A DNA stretch of 64,000 nt from Lama guanicoe (lineage: Eukaryota): assembly GCA_013239625.1 (NCBI GenBank), contig MU056050.1:4016084-4080083 (forward strand), given 5' to 3'. The first letter of the stretch is position 1; every line of letters begins with the position of its first letter. The notes under the pieces are model-generated. The model saw only the letters and a list, made by a program, of their open reading frames with translations. It was not told the DNA's origin and did not search any database. Of this stretch, positions 49,610-62,470 are shown piece after piece. The translations under genes and the position numbers were made by a program.

Positions 49610-50145
49610 TGTTACCCCTAAAGGGGAAGGGAAAAAGCCTCGGTTCTTGTCTTGCCCGAGAGAGAAGTATCCAGATGGGAGACAAAAGCGCTGTGTAGCG
49701 AAAGATTTTATTAGCAAGGTGAAAGTACACCTCCAAGAACAGAAGGTCCAAGGGAGTACAATAGTGGTCTTTGTTTGTCCCTTCTCTTATACCCTTGCTT
49801 AGATGTGCTCTCTTGATTGATTGACAGCTCTTGCCCCGGAGTACTTAGTCATGCCCGTCCCCTTTTGCATATGTCCTTATCCATGATGCACACAGAAAAG
49901 CCCATTGTAGGGGAACTATAACCGCAATGCTAATTACATTACAATGAGCATTGGGCCATGTCCAGTTAGGTCGTTGTCACTACTGCACAGTTGTAACTGT
50001 CGGGTTCTAACCAGTTTTTTGCTGGCACTCATTTAGAGGAAGTAAAGTCCCTTATGCTGAAAGCAAGCATACCATCATCTTTCAGACCATCCTCCCACTC
50101 CTCCACCTATCTTCCTGGTCCCCTCACTTATCTAACTACCTAACA
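49610..50145 (-). mobile_element. ERV1 solo LTR, relatively young
   Basis: TG...CA termini (tgttacccc...cctaaca) and perfect TSD CATC at 49606-49609 and 50146-50149. Minus-strand TATA-like (GGGTATAAGAG, about 49790) and AATAAA (about 49710). Several CpGs retained. Confidence 0.92.
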
Positions 50146-50647
50146 CATCCATCCATATAAATAATTTGATATATATTTCCAGATTCAGATCCCTGAAATG
50201 AGCTTAAGACTCATACATCCAATCATCTACCTAATATATCCAGTTGGGTATCTCAATGGAAGTTTAAAGTCAACATGTCTAAGGTAAAGCTCATTATTTT
50301 GCTCCCTAAATCTGTTCTTTCAGTGTTTCTTCCTTCCAGCTCCACAGACCAGAAAACTAGGAATCATCCTTAATACCTCCAAATCTCTCATATTCCATAC
50401 TTAATCCATCATCAAATTCAACTTATTTTACTCTCTGAGTCTTTCCTGATACCATCCACTCTTTCCCATGCCCTCCATTCTGGTCCAATATACCATCTTC
50501 TCTAGCCTAGAATACTGTAATAGTTACATAAATGGTCTCTTGGTTTTCCATTCTGCTCTCACTTCCCCACCTTCAAGCAGTTCTCTGCACTGCAGCCAGA
50601 CTGACATTTCAAAACACAAATCTAATCATATAATCCTTAGACAGGCA

Positions 50648-51240
50648 CCATAGAAAGCCTTGGATAGATTTTACTAACCAAAATCCATTCTGTCTTCCTT
50701 CTTAGATGGGCCCCAGCATTGTCCACACTTCTCCAAGAGATCATTTCCTTCAGGGAAGGTCCCTGAAGGCCCCTTACTGGAGAGAGCGGGTGAATCTTCA
50801 TTACTCTAATCCAATTATCATTGCTTTATTTGCTTGATCAAGAAACTGTTTTAGGAATGGGAATATGATACAATTCTGTGCAATGAGATATGAAAGGACA
50901 CATGCTGAGCATCTTCTGAGAAGGTTTTACTCATAAAAAGGATTCTGAGACAAGAATGTTCATTATTCTTCATCTGAATATTGACATTAGCAAATGCTGC
51001 CTAGAGCTGCATTAGTAATTTGGGACCATTGGAGGATTCAGTCTCAGAGGACAAGCCAACAAACATACGAGGGATGAAAAATGAAAGGGATCTCTGTTCT
51101 TGACTACTTTGTTAAGTCAGTGAATTAACTAACTCTAGAATCTATCTCTGGACTTCTTATGAATAAATGTGTTCACAGTTTAGTATATTTCTGGTCAGAT
51201 TTTCCGCTAGCTGTAGCTAAAAGCATCCTAACTGGTATAC
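50648..51240 (+). mobile_element. MaLR LTR (MLT1-type)
   Basis: atatgatacaattctgtgcaatgagatatga...tctggacttcttatgaataaa...gtagctaaaagcatcctaactggtataca. Confidence 0.75.
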
Positions 51241-51429
51241 AAACACTTGCTTAAAAACTATCAGTGGCTTCTAAATTACTCTGAGGACAAAATCAAAAGT
51301 CTTTAATGTGGCCTCTAATGCCCCGCATACTCTGGCCACTGCTTTATTCTACAGATTCATCTAACACAACTCTTTCACTGTGTTTTCTTGCCTTTTTCCA
51401 ACTTGTCACATTTTCTGTGTTCTGCTGCC

Positions 51430-51820
51430 ATAGTTTGCTTGGACTGCCGTAACAAATACCACAGACTTGGTGGCCTAAAAAGCAGAAATTTATTTCTCAC
51501 AATTCTGGAGGTTGGAGGACCAAGATCAAGGTGTCAGCAAGTTTGGTTTCCTCTGAGAAACTTCTGCCTGGCTTGCAGATGGCTGCTTTCTCACTGTGTC
51601 CTCACGCAGTCTTTCCTCTGTGTGCACACAGCCCTGGCGTCTCTTGAGCGCCTCTTATAGAACACCAGGTGGATTCAATTAGGGCATACCCTGGGGAGAT
51701 GACTCATTTTAATTTCATCACCTATTTAAAGGTCCTATCTCTAAATATACTCACATTATGAAGTATTGAAGTTTGGGGCTTCTATATATGAATCTGAAGG
51801 AAACATTTCAGTTCATAACA
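51430..51820 (-). mobile_element. MaLR LTR (MLT1A/B-like)
   Basis: ctgccgtaacaaataccacagacttggtggc...aaatttatttctcacaattctggagg...caagatcaaggtgtcagca...ttcagttcataaca. Confidence 0.85.
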
Positions 51821-53693
51821 GGGCCACTGTAATTGTTAATTCCTCTGTCAAGAACACTTTTTCCACCTCCACAAAACCCCATACACCCAATTTTTCTAGT
51901 TTTCTCGTTGAGTCCCACTGACGCTTTATATGCTAGATTAAATAATTTTCTATGAAAATATTTTCCTAATAGCAAATTAGTAAGTCCAATTCACATTTAT
52001 TCATTAGTATAATGATTTGTTATTATATGTATATGCTACTTCATGATCAGTAACGTGAAAGCAAGGGCCGTGTGCATTTTGGCTCATCAAAGTATTTGTG
52101 GTTCTTAACATAATGGAATACAATGCATGCTCAAGAAATAATTTTGAATGAATTAACACTGAATGAATACTATATCACATAGTTGGAAAATATAAATATT
52201 ATTTTCCAGTAATAATTTCTTATTAATATCTGTATCTTCATTATCTAGTATAATGAGTAGAACATAATAGGTGTTGAATTCACGTTTTCTCTGAAGGAAT
52301 GAATGAATGAGTGAATGACTGTTTCTCTTGCACTTTTAGTAAATACAATGCAGTTTGATTGCTTGACAGAAACAGTATTAAAAAAATAGAATTCAGATGT
52401 AGTCTCCAGATTTACTTAGACCTTCTTCTCACTTGTTTTCTATAGTACTACTTTTATGTACAGCACTGGATTGAACTTTTCTATCTCCATACCATCTCAA
52501 CTTCATAGCATGATTCTTGTCCCCTACCTAGACCCTGAATTTGCTACCTCTGTTTGGTACTTACTACACATTGATGTTTGATAGTTTTCAAAGACACACT
52601 TCTTATTTTCCTATGTCTGATTTCATGTACCACAACTAAGATGGAAGATGGCTTCACACTCATCATATATAACCTTTTATAGTCTTAGAGGCTCATAAAG
52701 ACCACATTTTCCCTCAAACTTGATCATTTGTCACATAGAAAGAGGACTGAACAGGGTGAAGTTACTTCATTACCCAAAACATATAAAAAGTAAGTATAAT
52801 ATTTATTTATTTAGATGAATAATAGAGTTGTCTTAGCTTTTTGGGAAAAAAATGTGTATGTGTATGTGTGGAGAGAGAGCTCTATCTCTAGTAAATATAT
52901 TTAACAATGAAATTCTGATGAGTTTGAAATATAAAAAGAGATGACAATTACATATGCTACCCCAAATTAAACCAAAAGTTTTCATGTTCTCTCTTATGAA
53001 CAATTATAAATGAATGGGAGGAAATAATGAAAAAATGGCTCTCCAAATTAATAATGAATAATTGACAGAAATGACTGAATGAACACATTTTAAGAGTTTT
53101 GCTATACATGAATCAAGAAGATAAAGACAAATGATGGGCATATTTAATTCAGCAAATGTCAACCTGAAATTATAATATCTATATCATTCAGAGGAAAGTT
53201 TAAATCATATAAATAAACCCTTCAAAGTGAATCAGTGAAAAATAGATATAAAGGAAGAGAGCATCATTTCATCTAAAAGTCTAAAGGAGTAATTAGTGCA
53301 GATTTCTGCATTGTTTCCTGGCATAAGGTTGTAGCTTTCAATAATATCTCTTTCTCATTTGTTATACAATACAAATGTCCTTCAAGTGAGAGCGAATATA
53401 CATTTTTAGACCAGAAACTCACTGATGATCATTGCCATGTTAAGTTTCTAATGATGCTGATATAATCTAACCCAAAGATTCATGCCATAGGAATTTGGAA
53501 CTTTAGGCTGTAGCTTAAAACGGGTTGTTTTATATACATAGTGTGTCTAATCTATGCATTTACACTTGTTTGTTTATCTAGCATTTCCCCAATTCATCTG
53601 GTTCCTAGTCATAAAAATATAATACCAAATACACACATTCAAATTTAACTAGGAACGATTCAACGTAGGAAGAAGGGAGTAAATAAATAGCAC

Positions 53694-54267
53694 TGTATCG
53701 ATTATCTGTTGCAGCATAACAAAATAGCCCAAAACTTAGTGACTTAAAACAGCATTTATTCTCTCTCATTTTTTTGTGGCTCAGGCATAGCTTACTTAGC
53801 TGGTTCCTGCAGCTCAGGCTGCTCACAAATCTTCAACTAGGGCATCTGCTGTGGCTGCAGTCATCTGAGGGCTCAACCTGGGTGTTTAGGGTGGGGAATC
53901 AGTGGGGCAGGATGCACTTCTAAGCTCACTCATATACCCATCAGCAGGCCTCAGGTCCTCACACTCTGTTGACCAGAGATATCAGTTCCTGGCCAGTTTT
54001 TATATAGTTAACACACCACATGGAAGCTTGCTTCTGAAAGAGACAGAGAGAAGGAGAGTGAGAGAGAGAGGGGGGGAGAGAGGAAGTCTGAAGCTATAGA
54101 CCTTTCCTAACCCAATCTAGAAGTGACATCTCATTGCTTCTGCCACATTCTGTTTATTACAAGCTATTTAATAAGTCCAACCAACGTTGAAGGGAAGGAA
54201 TTGCACAAGTGTGTAAATTCCTGGATGCAGGGAGCACTGGGGCCTACCTTAGAGATCATCTACCACA
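53694..54267 (-). mobile_element. MaLR LTR (MLT1F-like)
   Basis: ttgcagcataacaaaatagcccaaaacttagtgacttaaaacagc...ggctgcagtcatctgagggctc...cttctgccacattct...ctaccaca. Confidence 0.8.
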
Positions 54268-54461
54268 AATACCAGAGAAAAGCAGAATGGAATAAAACTA
54301 GGGTAAAAAGTGAATTATAGAACTAACTATATCACTTGAGATCAAGCATCTTTTCAGTTTCAAAATACAAAATGTGATCATAAAAACCTCTGCATAATTA
54401 TTTGACTTGACCAGTATTTAGAAAATTATTTCAACAGTTACTGGATAAGCTACTCTTCTGT

Positions 54462-54660
54462 CAAGGATTAGGAAACTATGGCCTCAGCCCTGTTTTAGTA
54501 AATCACATTTTATCAGAACAGCGTCATGCCTATTTACTTACTGCCTGTGGCTGGTTTTGGAATGCAACAACAGAGATGAGTAGTTACTACTATGACCTAT
54601 GACCTGCAAAGACTGAAATATTTACTATCCGGTCCTTTAAGAAAATATTGCAGGACTATG
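54462..54660 (+). mobile_element. MER58A-like hAT-Charlie element
   Basis: aaactatggcc...cctgttttagtaaat...acaacagagatgagtagtt...cctgcaaagactgaaatatttactatccggtccttta. Confidence 0.8.
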
Positions 54661-54904
54661 TCAATGATAATACTTACAGGTTTCTGCAAAAAGCCAAGAT
54701 TGTGTGGAGGAATTTTTCCTAATAGTACAGGCCCAATTCTCACCATTTCACATGGAGTAAGCAACTATCTAGATAAGGCAATCTCAATTAGACAGTACCC
54801 CACCCAGGAAGCTTTTCCCAATCACAAAGCGTGAATTAGATGGCTTTCTCTGTGCTGCTGGGGTACTGTGTGCATTTATCTGACTAGCATGTGCTATATT
54901 TTAT

Positions 54905-57900
54905 CTTTTTTTATTGAGGTAAAATTGACCGTTTAACAAATTTCAAGTTCACAGTTCAGTGGTTTTAAGTACACTCACAATATTATACAACCAGCACCTG
55001 ATTCTAGAACTTTTTCATAACCACAAAAAGAACTCCTATATCCACTAAGCAGTCATTCTCCATTCTCCTCTCCTCACAACCTCTGGCAGTCTCCTTTCTA
55101 TCTTGATGGATTTGCTGCTTCTGGACATTTTATATAAATGTAATCATACAATATATAGCCGTTTATGTCTGGCTTCTTTCATTAGTTATTTTAGGATACA
55201 TCAGTACTTCATTCTTTTTATGGCTGAATATTATTTCATTATATGGCTATATCACATTCTGTTTCATATATTTGAGTTGTTTCCACTTCTTGATTGATAA
55301 GCATAGAGCTACTGTAAACATGTGTGTAGATGTTTTTGTTTGAACACCTGTTTTCAGATCTCTTTGTTGTTTACCTAGGAGTGGAATTGATGGATCATAT
55401 GGTAATACATTGTTGAATCGTTCGAGGAACAGCCAAACTATCATTTGAGGAACAGCCAAGCTATTTTTCACAGTGGTTGTACAAGTTTACATTCCTACCA
55501 GCAAGTATGAGGGTTCTAATTTCTACACATCTTTGCCAACCCTTGTTATTTTTCTTTTAAAAAAACAGTGCACATTCTAGTAGTTGTGAAGTGATATCAG
55601 ACTCTGGTTTTGATTTCCATTTCCCTAATGACAAATGATGTCCAACATCTTTTCATGTGTTTAATGGCTATTTGCTGGCCCCATAGGATAAGTGTTCCTC
55701 TCGTATTTTTAGGGAGACTGAGTTTGAGAAGGAGTGGTGTTAATTCTTCTTTAAATGTTTGGTAGAGTTGACCAATAAAGAGCTTTTCTTTTTAGGAGGT
55801 TTTGATGGTCAGTTCAACCTCTACTTGTTATAGAGCTGTTCAAAGTTTCTATCTCTTTTTGAGTCAGTTTTGGTAGTTTGTGTCTTTCTAAGAATTTGTC
55901 CATGTCATCTAGGTTATCTAATTTGTTGGCATATAATTGTTCATAGAATTCTCTTATAATACTATTTATTTCTTTAAGGTTGGTAATGCCCTGACTTTTA
56001 TTTCTGATTTTACTTATTTATACCCCTTTTTTCTTAGTATAACTAACGATTTGTCATTTTTTTTTAAAAAAACAACCTTCAGTGTAATTGATTCTCTCCA
56101 TAATTTTCCTATTCTCTATTTTGTCTCTCTTGGAATTATTATCTTCTTCCTTCTGTTGTCTTTGGGCTTATTTTTCTAGACTCTTAAGATGTAAAGTTAG
56201 GTTATTGTCTTTCTTCTTTTTAATGTAAGCACCTATGACTACAGATTTCTCTCTGAGCATTGCTTTTGCAGAATCCCCTGAGTTTTGTTATGTTGTGTTT
56301 TAATTTTCATTTGTCTCAAATTATTTTTAATTCCCTTGTGATTTCTTCTTTAACCTACTGGTTATTTAGAAGTATATTGCTTAATTTTCACACATTTATG
56401 AATTTTCCAGTTTTACTTCTGTTATTGATTTCTAGTTTCATTCGACTGCAGTCAAAGAATGTATTTAATTTCAACCTTCTTAAATTTATTGAGACTTGTT
56501 TTGTGGCTTAACATATGACCTATGCTGGCGAAAGTTTCATATGCACTTGAGGAGAATGAATTCTGCTGTTGTTGGGCAAAGTGTTCTGCAGATATGTTAG
56601 GTAGGTCTAGTTAATTTATAGTATGAAAAATGAGGTGTAAAATTACCCAACTAATATTGTATTATTGTTGAACTATTTCTTGCTTCGACTCTTACATTTT
56701 TTTCTTCACATTTTGAGATACATGTATGTTTATAATTGTTACACCTTTTTGCTGGAATGACCCTCTTATCAATATGTAATTTCTTCATCTCTTTTTTGTC
56801 AAAAAGTGTAGTATGTCTGATATTAGTGTGATACCCATTTCAACTATCTTTTGGTTACTCTTTGCACAAAATTTCTTTTTCTATCCTTTTATTTTCAACC
56901 TATTTGTGCTTATTTTGATGCAAAGTGAATCTCTTGTAGATCACATATAGTTGCATCTTATTACTTTATTCACTTTACCAATCTATATGTGTTAATTGAA
57001 GAGTTTAATTCATTTACCTTTAGGATATTTACTTGTAAGGACTTACTTCCAACATTTTGGTAATTGGTTTATACATATCTTATCTCTTTTTTTATTTCTT
57101 AATTCCTCCATTACCACCTTATTTTTGTTAGTTATTTCCTAGTGTAGTATTTTGATTCCTTTCTCATTTTTTACAATATAATTTTCACTTATTTTTGTAG
57201 TGGCTGACCTAGAAATTATGATTAACATTTTAATTTATAATAATCTATTTTCAATGACTATCAACCCAGTTTCAATAGTATACAAAAGCTTTGATTCTAT
57301 ATAGCTCTATGCCTCCCACTATCTTGTTATTTTCACAACTGACATCTTTACACATTGTATGTTCATCAGTGTAGAATTATAGTTATTGTTTTATGTAATT
57401 GGCTTTTAAACCATATAGAAAAAGGAGGTATCATGAACAAAAATACATTTATACTGATGCTTATATTCAACTGTAGTTAACTCTACCAGTGTCCTGTATT
57501 TCTTCATGTTGATTCGAGTTACTTTCCAAAGATTTTTCCGTTCAGCCCGAAAGCCTACCTTTAGCATTTCTTATAGGTAAGTGTTTTGGTGATAAGCTAT
57601 GCTCAGTTTTTGTTTATCTGGTAAAGTCTTATTTTTTCTTCATTTTGAAGGATATTTTTGCAGGATATAGTATATTGGATGACAGTTCTTTTCTTTCAGT
57701 ACATTGAATATATCAGTCTAATGCCTTCTGTCCTTAAAAATGTCTGATGAGAATTGAAATGATTACAATGTGTCTTGGTGTGGCTCTGTTTGAATGTATC
57801 CTACTCAAGATTTATTGAGCTTTTGGATGTATAGATTTGTGTTTTTTCATCATATTTGGAAAGTTTTCAGCCACTATTTCTTCAAATATTCTTCCTACTT

Positions 57901-59520
57901 CTTTTTCTCTCTCTTCTCCTACTAGTATAACCATTGTGCACCTTTTTTTTATGTTTGTTTCCCACAGTTATGTTATGCTTTGTTTGTTTTCTTCCTTATT
58001 TTTTCTCTCTTCTCTTCACTGGGTAATCTCCATTGACCTGTCTTCTAGTTCACTTACCCTTTCTTCTGCTTTGCCTGTCAAGACTTCCTAGTTAATTTTT
58101 TCATGGCAATCATTGTACTTTTCAGCTCCAAAGTTTCTGTTTGGTTCCTCTTTGTAATTTCTACCTCTTCATCTATATTCTGTATTTGTTGAGATGCCAT
58201 TCTTATAATTTCCTTTAGGTTCCCCTTCTCCCTGATTTCCTTTAGTTCTTTGAGGATAAGTAATATAGTTAGTTTAGTCTTTTGTATAGTGAGCTCAACA
58301 TATAGTCTTCCTCAGTAAATCTCTATTAATTTCTTATTTTTTTGTGTGTTAGGCATAATGTCTTTTTTTTTTTTACATGCCACATGCTTTATAATGGTTC
58401 TTGAAAACTGGACATTTTGAATATTATAATATGACAACTTTGGAATTAAGATTCTGCCCCATTTCCAGTATTTGTTTTCATTGCTTCTTATATATTTTTT
58501 TGTTTATATTTTGATTTTGCTTAACTAACTTGTAAAGTCAATATTCTTTGTCATCTGTCACCACTGATGTCTCTGTTACAGTAGCTCTTTGTTCAGCTAA
58601 TGATTTGACAGATATTTCATTAAATGCCTAGAACCAAAAACAAACCAAATAACTTGTAATCTTTGTAGATGGGCTCTGTGTGTGTGGTGGGGAATGCTTT
58701 CAACTCTCAGCCAGGCAGTTTTAAACTGCCCTGAAATGTATACATATATAAAATCACTATATTGTACATCTTAAACTTAAACAATTTTATATGTCAATTA
58801 TATATCTCAATAAAACTGGAAAAAAAAACTTCTCTGCCTTAGCCTTCACTTCCTGCTTGTACTGACCCTGGAGATCATCCATAGGTGAAAGCTTAGGGCT
58901 CTCTTAAGTTTACTCTGAGCATGTGCCCAGCCCTATGCCTGAATGTTACCTTCTAGATTTACATCCCATTCTCCGTTCTTTTTTCTCAAGCCTTTTTGGT
59001 TTGTCTATTGTTTGCCCCAACTATTATACTTTACCACTGGTGTCTGTGGCTCAGACATTTGTCTTGAAATGTTTTTGACAAATTCCCCTTGGATAACTGC
59101 CTCCAGCCTGGGAGAGTTCTTTTAGGTAAAATAAAGACAAGTTTTAAAATTTGACCCTTCAGAGAGCTACCAGACAACTCAAAACATGAAGCCACAAATT
59201 TCTGAAAACAAGTTCCATTGTGTGCTGTGTGGTACTAAGAATCTATGCTGGTAATGTGGGCTGTTGCCTTCAAAGCTGCCAGGGAATAAGGGATGCAGAT
59301 GCAGTCAGGGCAAGTAAAAGTGCCGTAAATCTCTCTTATTAATATTCACATGTTTTTTGTTTTGTTTTGTTTTTTACTTACTTAAAGCATTCATATGATT
59401 GCTATAAAGTTTTAAATAGTTTCTGGAGTTTTGTTAAAGTCATTTCTCAGATTTTTGCTAGTTCACTATTTTTGTGGAGAGATAGGTTTTAGAAGTTCCC
59501 TATAACATCATTTTTGCTGA
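54905..59520 (-). mobile_element. Degenerate L1 spanning 3' UTR to 5' UTR with internal deletions
   Basis: 3' end tttattgaggtaaaatt. Minus ORF 55247-55471 (LPYDPSIPLLG...THMFTVAL) is ORF2-like. Collinear ORF2, ORF1 and 5' UTR antisense motifs continue to about 59520. Confidence 0.85.
58737..58829 (+). mobile_element. Very short L1 3' end inserted into the older L1
   Basis: ttgtacatcttaaactt...ttatatgtcaattatatatctcaataaaactggaaaaaaaaa. Degenerate TSD aaactgccctg/aaacttctctg. Confidence 0.75.
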
Positions 59521-60119
59521 CTAAACATATTTAATCTTAATTATTTGTTTCCATCTCTTTCCTGGGCTTCAACACCATAAGACCCTAGAGAACAGAGACT
59601 GTATTTTGGCCATTTTTGTCTCTCCAGAGAGAAATCAAGCTTCAGATACATAGAAACCACTATTAAGTATTTGTATATGAATGAATAAATTAATATTTGA
59701 GTTGAAAATATATCACATTTTATAGATAATTGCATAAATCTTCCAATGCTGGCAAAACGTTTGTGGGGGCGGAAATCACTGCTCATACTTTTGTATGTGT
59801 GGATAGGAATAAGGGAAATATGGACTCTTTCTGTGAAGCTATTTTGCATTAGTGAAGTAGGCTACTTATTTTGATCAGATTTCTAATCTCGGATAGAGAA
59901 AGGTTGCAGATACAGCATTTATAGTATTTAGTTTAGTTATATAGTAGAGTCTCATAATTTATGCCACATATTAGATGCAGAAATAGTAACTGAAAGTAAG
60001 TATACTTAGGTAGGCTTATTGTTGAATATCTTAATATTGTATGTGTTCTTGTTAAATATCAATATTAAAACCAGAACAAGTTCACTGGTGGTGTACCACA
60101 GGTCACTATCTTCTGCATT

Positions 60120-60571
60120 AAAGCAAAATGCCAGGGAATCCATAGACTAGCTGGATGCTCATCAACCCTATTCTCACCTCTTGAAAGAAAAAAAAAAGCG
60201 AAACTATATTTTTCAGCCTCCCTTGCCACTGTTTTCAGTGTATCCCCATGGGTTTTGACCAATGAATTGTGAACATATGTGATATCTATGCCGGGCCTAC
60301 CTCCTCTCCAACATCAGCCTTGCTCTCCTTCTTCCCCTTTTGCATGCATCATGGGAGCCACATCTTGAAGAAGGCAGCATCACAAGATGGAAGGAACTGG
60401 CATTCCTGAGTCACCGCTTAGAGGAGAGCTACCCAGGGGCGTGATTTGACCTGTTTTTACCAGTGGCATGAGCCAGAAATAAGTTTTTATGTATGTTAAG
60501 TCACTGAGATTTAGAGATTGTTTCCTTAGCAGCCATCGTTACTTATTCAGACTAATGCAGAGAACTAATAC
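60120..60571 (+). mobile_element. MaLR LTR (MLT1-type)
   Basis: agcatcacaagatggaaggaactggcattcctgagtcacc...gaaataagtttttatgtatgttaagtcactgagattt...actaataca. Confidence 0.75.
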
Positions 60572-60934
60572 AGTATTTTGGATGCTAGACCCTGTGTCTC
60601 AAAGATCTCAACAGACTGGAACTATGTATCAAATCCAACAAAAGTACTGTAAGAGGCACAATTTCAAGTCTTCTTTGCGTGCCCACATTAAATAATAATC
60701 TGCACAATTTTTTACTGAGGTGTGATTAGGTTCTGATTCAGTATAAAAAAATGTTTGTGAAGAATCAGAGCTGTTCAATAGTGATATTACTGCCTCAAGA
60801 GTTGGTTGGATCACTGTCACCAGAGGCACCCAGATGAAGGCTATACACACCATCACTTTCTAAGAAGGAAATAAATGGGATTCATGCCTCAGACTAGAGT
60901 TGAATTGAATTATCTGTAAGGAACCTTGTTATAT

Positions 60935-61392
60935 TTCAGTCTGTGGAGCTGAGTAGTTGAGTAAGAGAGCTGACAATACTAGTCAGATTAAGCTATGAGA
61001 ACACCCTCAAAATTTCACTGCCTTACAAAAGCAAAGATTCATTTCTTATTCAGCTTACATATTCTGTATAGGGAAGCGTTGGCTCTGCTCTATCACCTTG
61101 TCATTCAAAGTCTTAAGTTGAAGGAACAGCCCTTATCTGAGGCATGTGTGGCTTGTTGCAGAGCAAAAAGAGCAATGGTTTAGAACCACCCAGTGTCTCT
61201 TATCTCTTCTACTTGGATGGGGCCTATATCCCTTCCACTCATATTTGTTAGCCTAAGCAAGTCACATGGATAAGCCTGACAGCAGTATATTAGGAATGAT
61301 AATCTTCCCATCAGGACAGGCCCCAGGGAGATAGTGATGGACCTTATAGAAGGGGCAGAGAATAATTGGAACAAGTAATACAGTCTCCCACA
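60935..61392 (-). mobile_element. MaLR LTR (old MLT1)
   Basis: aaatttcactgccttacaaaagcaaagattcatttctt...cactcatatttgttagcctaagcaagtcacatgg...aatacagtctccccaca. Confidence 0.65.
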
Positions 61393-62099
61393 GTAACATA
61401 TGATAATTCCACCCAGGGCTGATTTTTTTAAATACATATAGTAACCCTGTGTGGTATGATTTTGTAAAGTCAGCCCTCTTTCTAAATATCTCCTCCTAGT
61501 GTATCAGTGATTCTACCCTGAAGTGAATTAATTTGAGTTCCTCTGCAACATCAGTGGCACAGAAGAAATGGCAATTTTGATTGAGGAAAGAAGGTTAGAA
61601 AAATCTCAGTTTCCATTTTTAATCCCAAATCCATAGAGTGAGAACACTTTAAGGCAAATTTCTATCCCTGAGCCATCACAAAAGGAGAACCTCGTTTCAG
61701 ATAATTAGATTTTTGATTTGCCAAACAGCTTTTTTTCACTGCTGAACAACTTCAAGTCCCTTTTTTCTGGTTTAAACTAGGTTTCATACTATAGTTTTTG
61801 TTCCATTCAATCTTGGTCTTTGTCCTATGGCTGACTGGCTCTTTATCCAGTTCTGGCTCCTTTAACATTTGATTTTCTTCCTGTCATGTCACTAATACTC
61901 TTTACTTAAATGTATTCCCAGTGTAGCTTTATTGCTTATATAGGCTGGCATCATCTCTTGCTATTGTCTTCAGTTCCCCAGTTCTTGCTTCATTCTGATC
62001 GAATAGCTCATTCACCTGGTGACTCAACAGAACCTCTTATTTCGCAGCTACTAGTTGAGACACTAGGTGGTGCTATGCCTTTGTTGCTGGTCTAGGTTT

Positions 62100-62470
62100 A
62101 ATTCCCTGGAATTGTATCCCTGATTCTGGCAAATGGGATGATTCTGGAGAATATAGACTGTCAGGAGAAGGGGAACGGCTTGGAAAGCAGGGAGTAGCTG
62201 AAAATGATCTGAATATACAGAAGAAAGTAGGCATTAGTAAGAGAAGTAAGGCCTGGAAGTGAGGAAATCCACTGTAAATGTTGAAGTGTCACCCTTAGAG
62301 AGAATAAATGGCAACTCTGAAAGAAGAAATGAGAAAGGAATGGGTGCTCGTATAAGCAAGTCTAAGATGTATAGTGTAACAGCTGAAGGAGTGCATTCCT
62401 CCTGATAGCCTCGCCGTTCCCTGTGGAGAAGGCTGAGAGTGAGGGAGAGATGAAGGATAAGTGATTTAAC
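62100..62470 (-). mobile_element. Probable L2 fragment
   Basis: Purine-rich degenerate sequence with ttgaagtgtcacc and cctgatagcctc, typical of antisense L2. Confidence 0.45.

Larger units (their letters stand above)
50160..52320 (+). mobile_element. L2 3' region split by two MaLR LTRs
   Basis: tcaacatgtctaagg...aaaactaggaatcatcctt...tctagcctagaatactgtaatag...aaaatcaaaagtctttaatgtggcct...tgaatgaatgaatga. Confidence 0.75.

Noticed and set aside
55421..55466. 23-bp tandem duplication
   Set aside because: Ordinary slippage duplication inside a dead L1.
59541..59849. 102-aa minus-strand ORF
   Set aside because: Partly overlaps an L2-like 3' end; no recognisable domain or exon structure.
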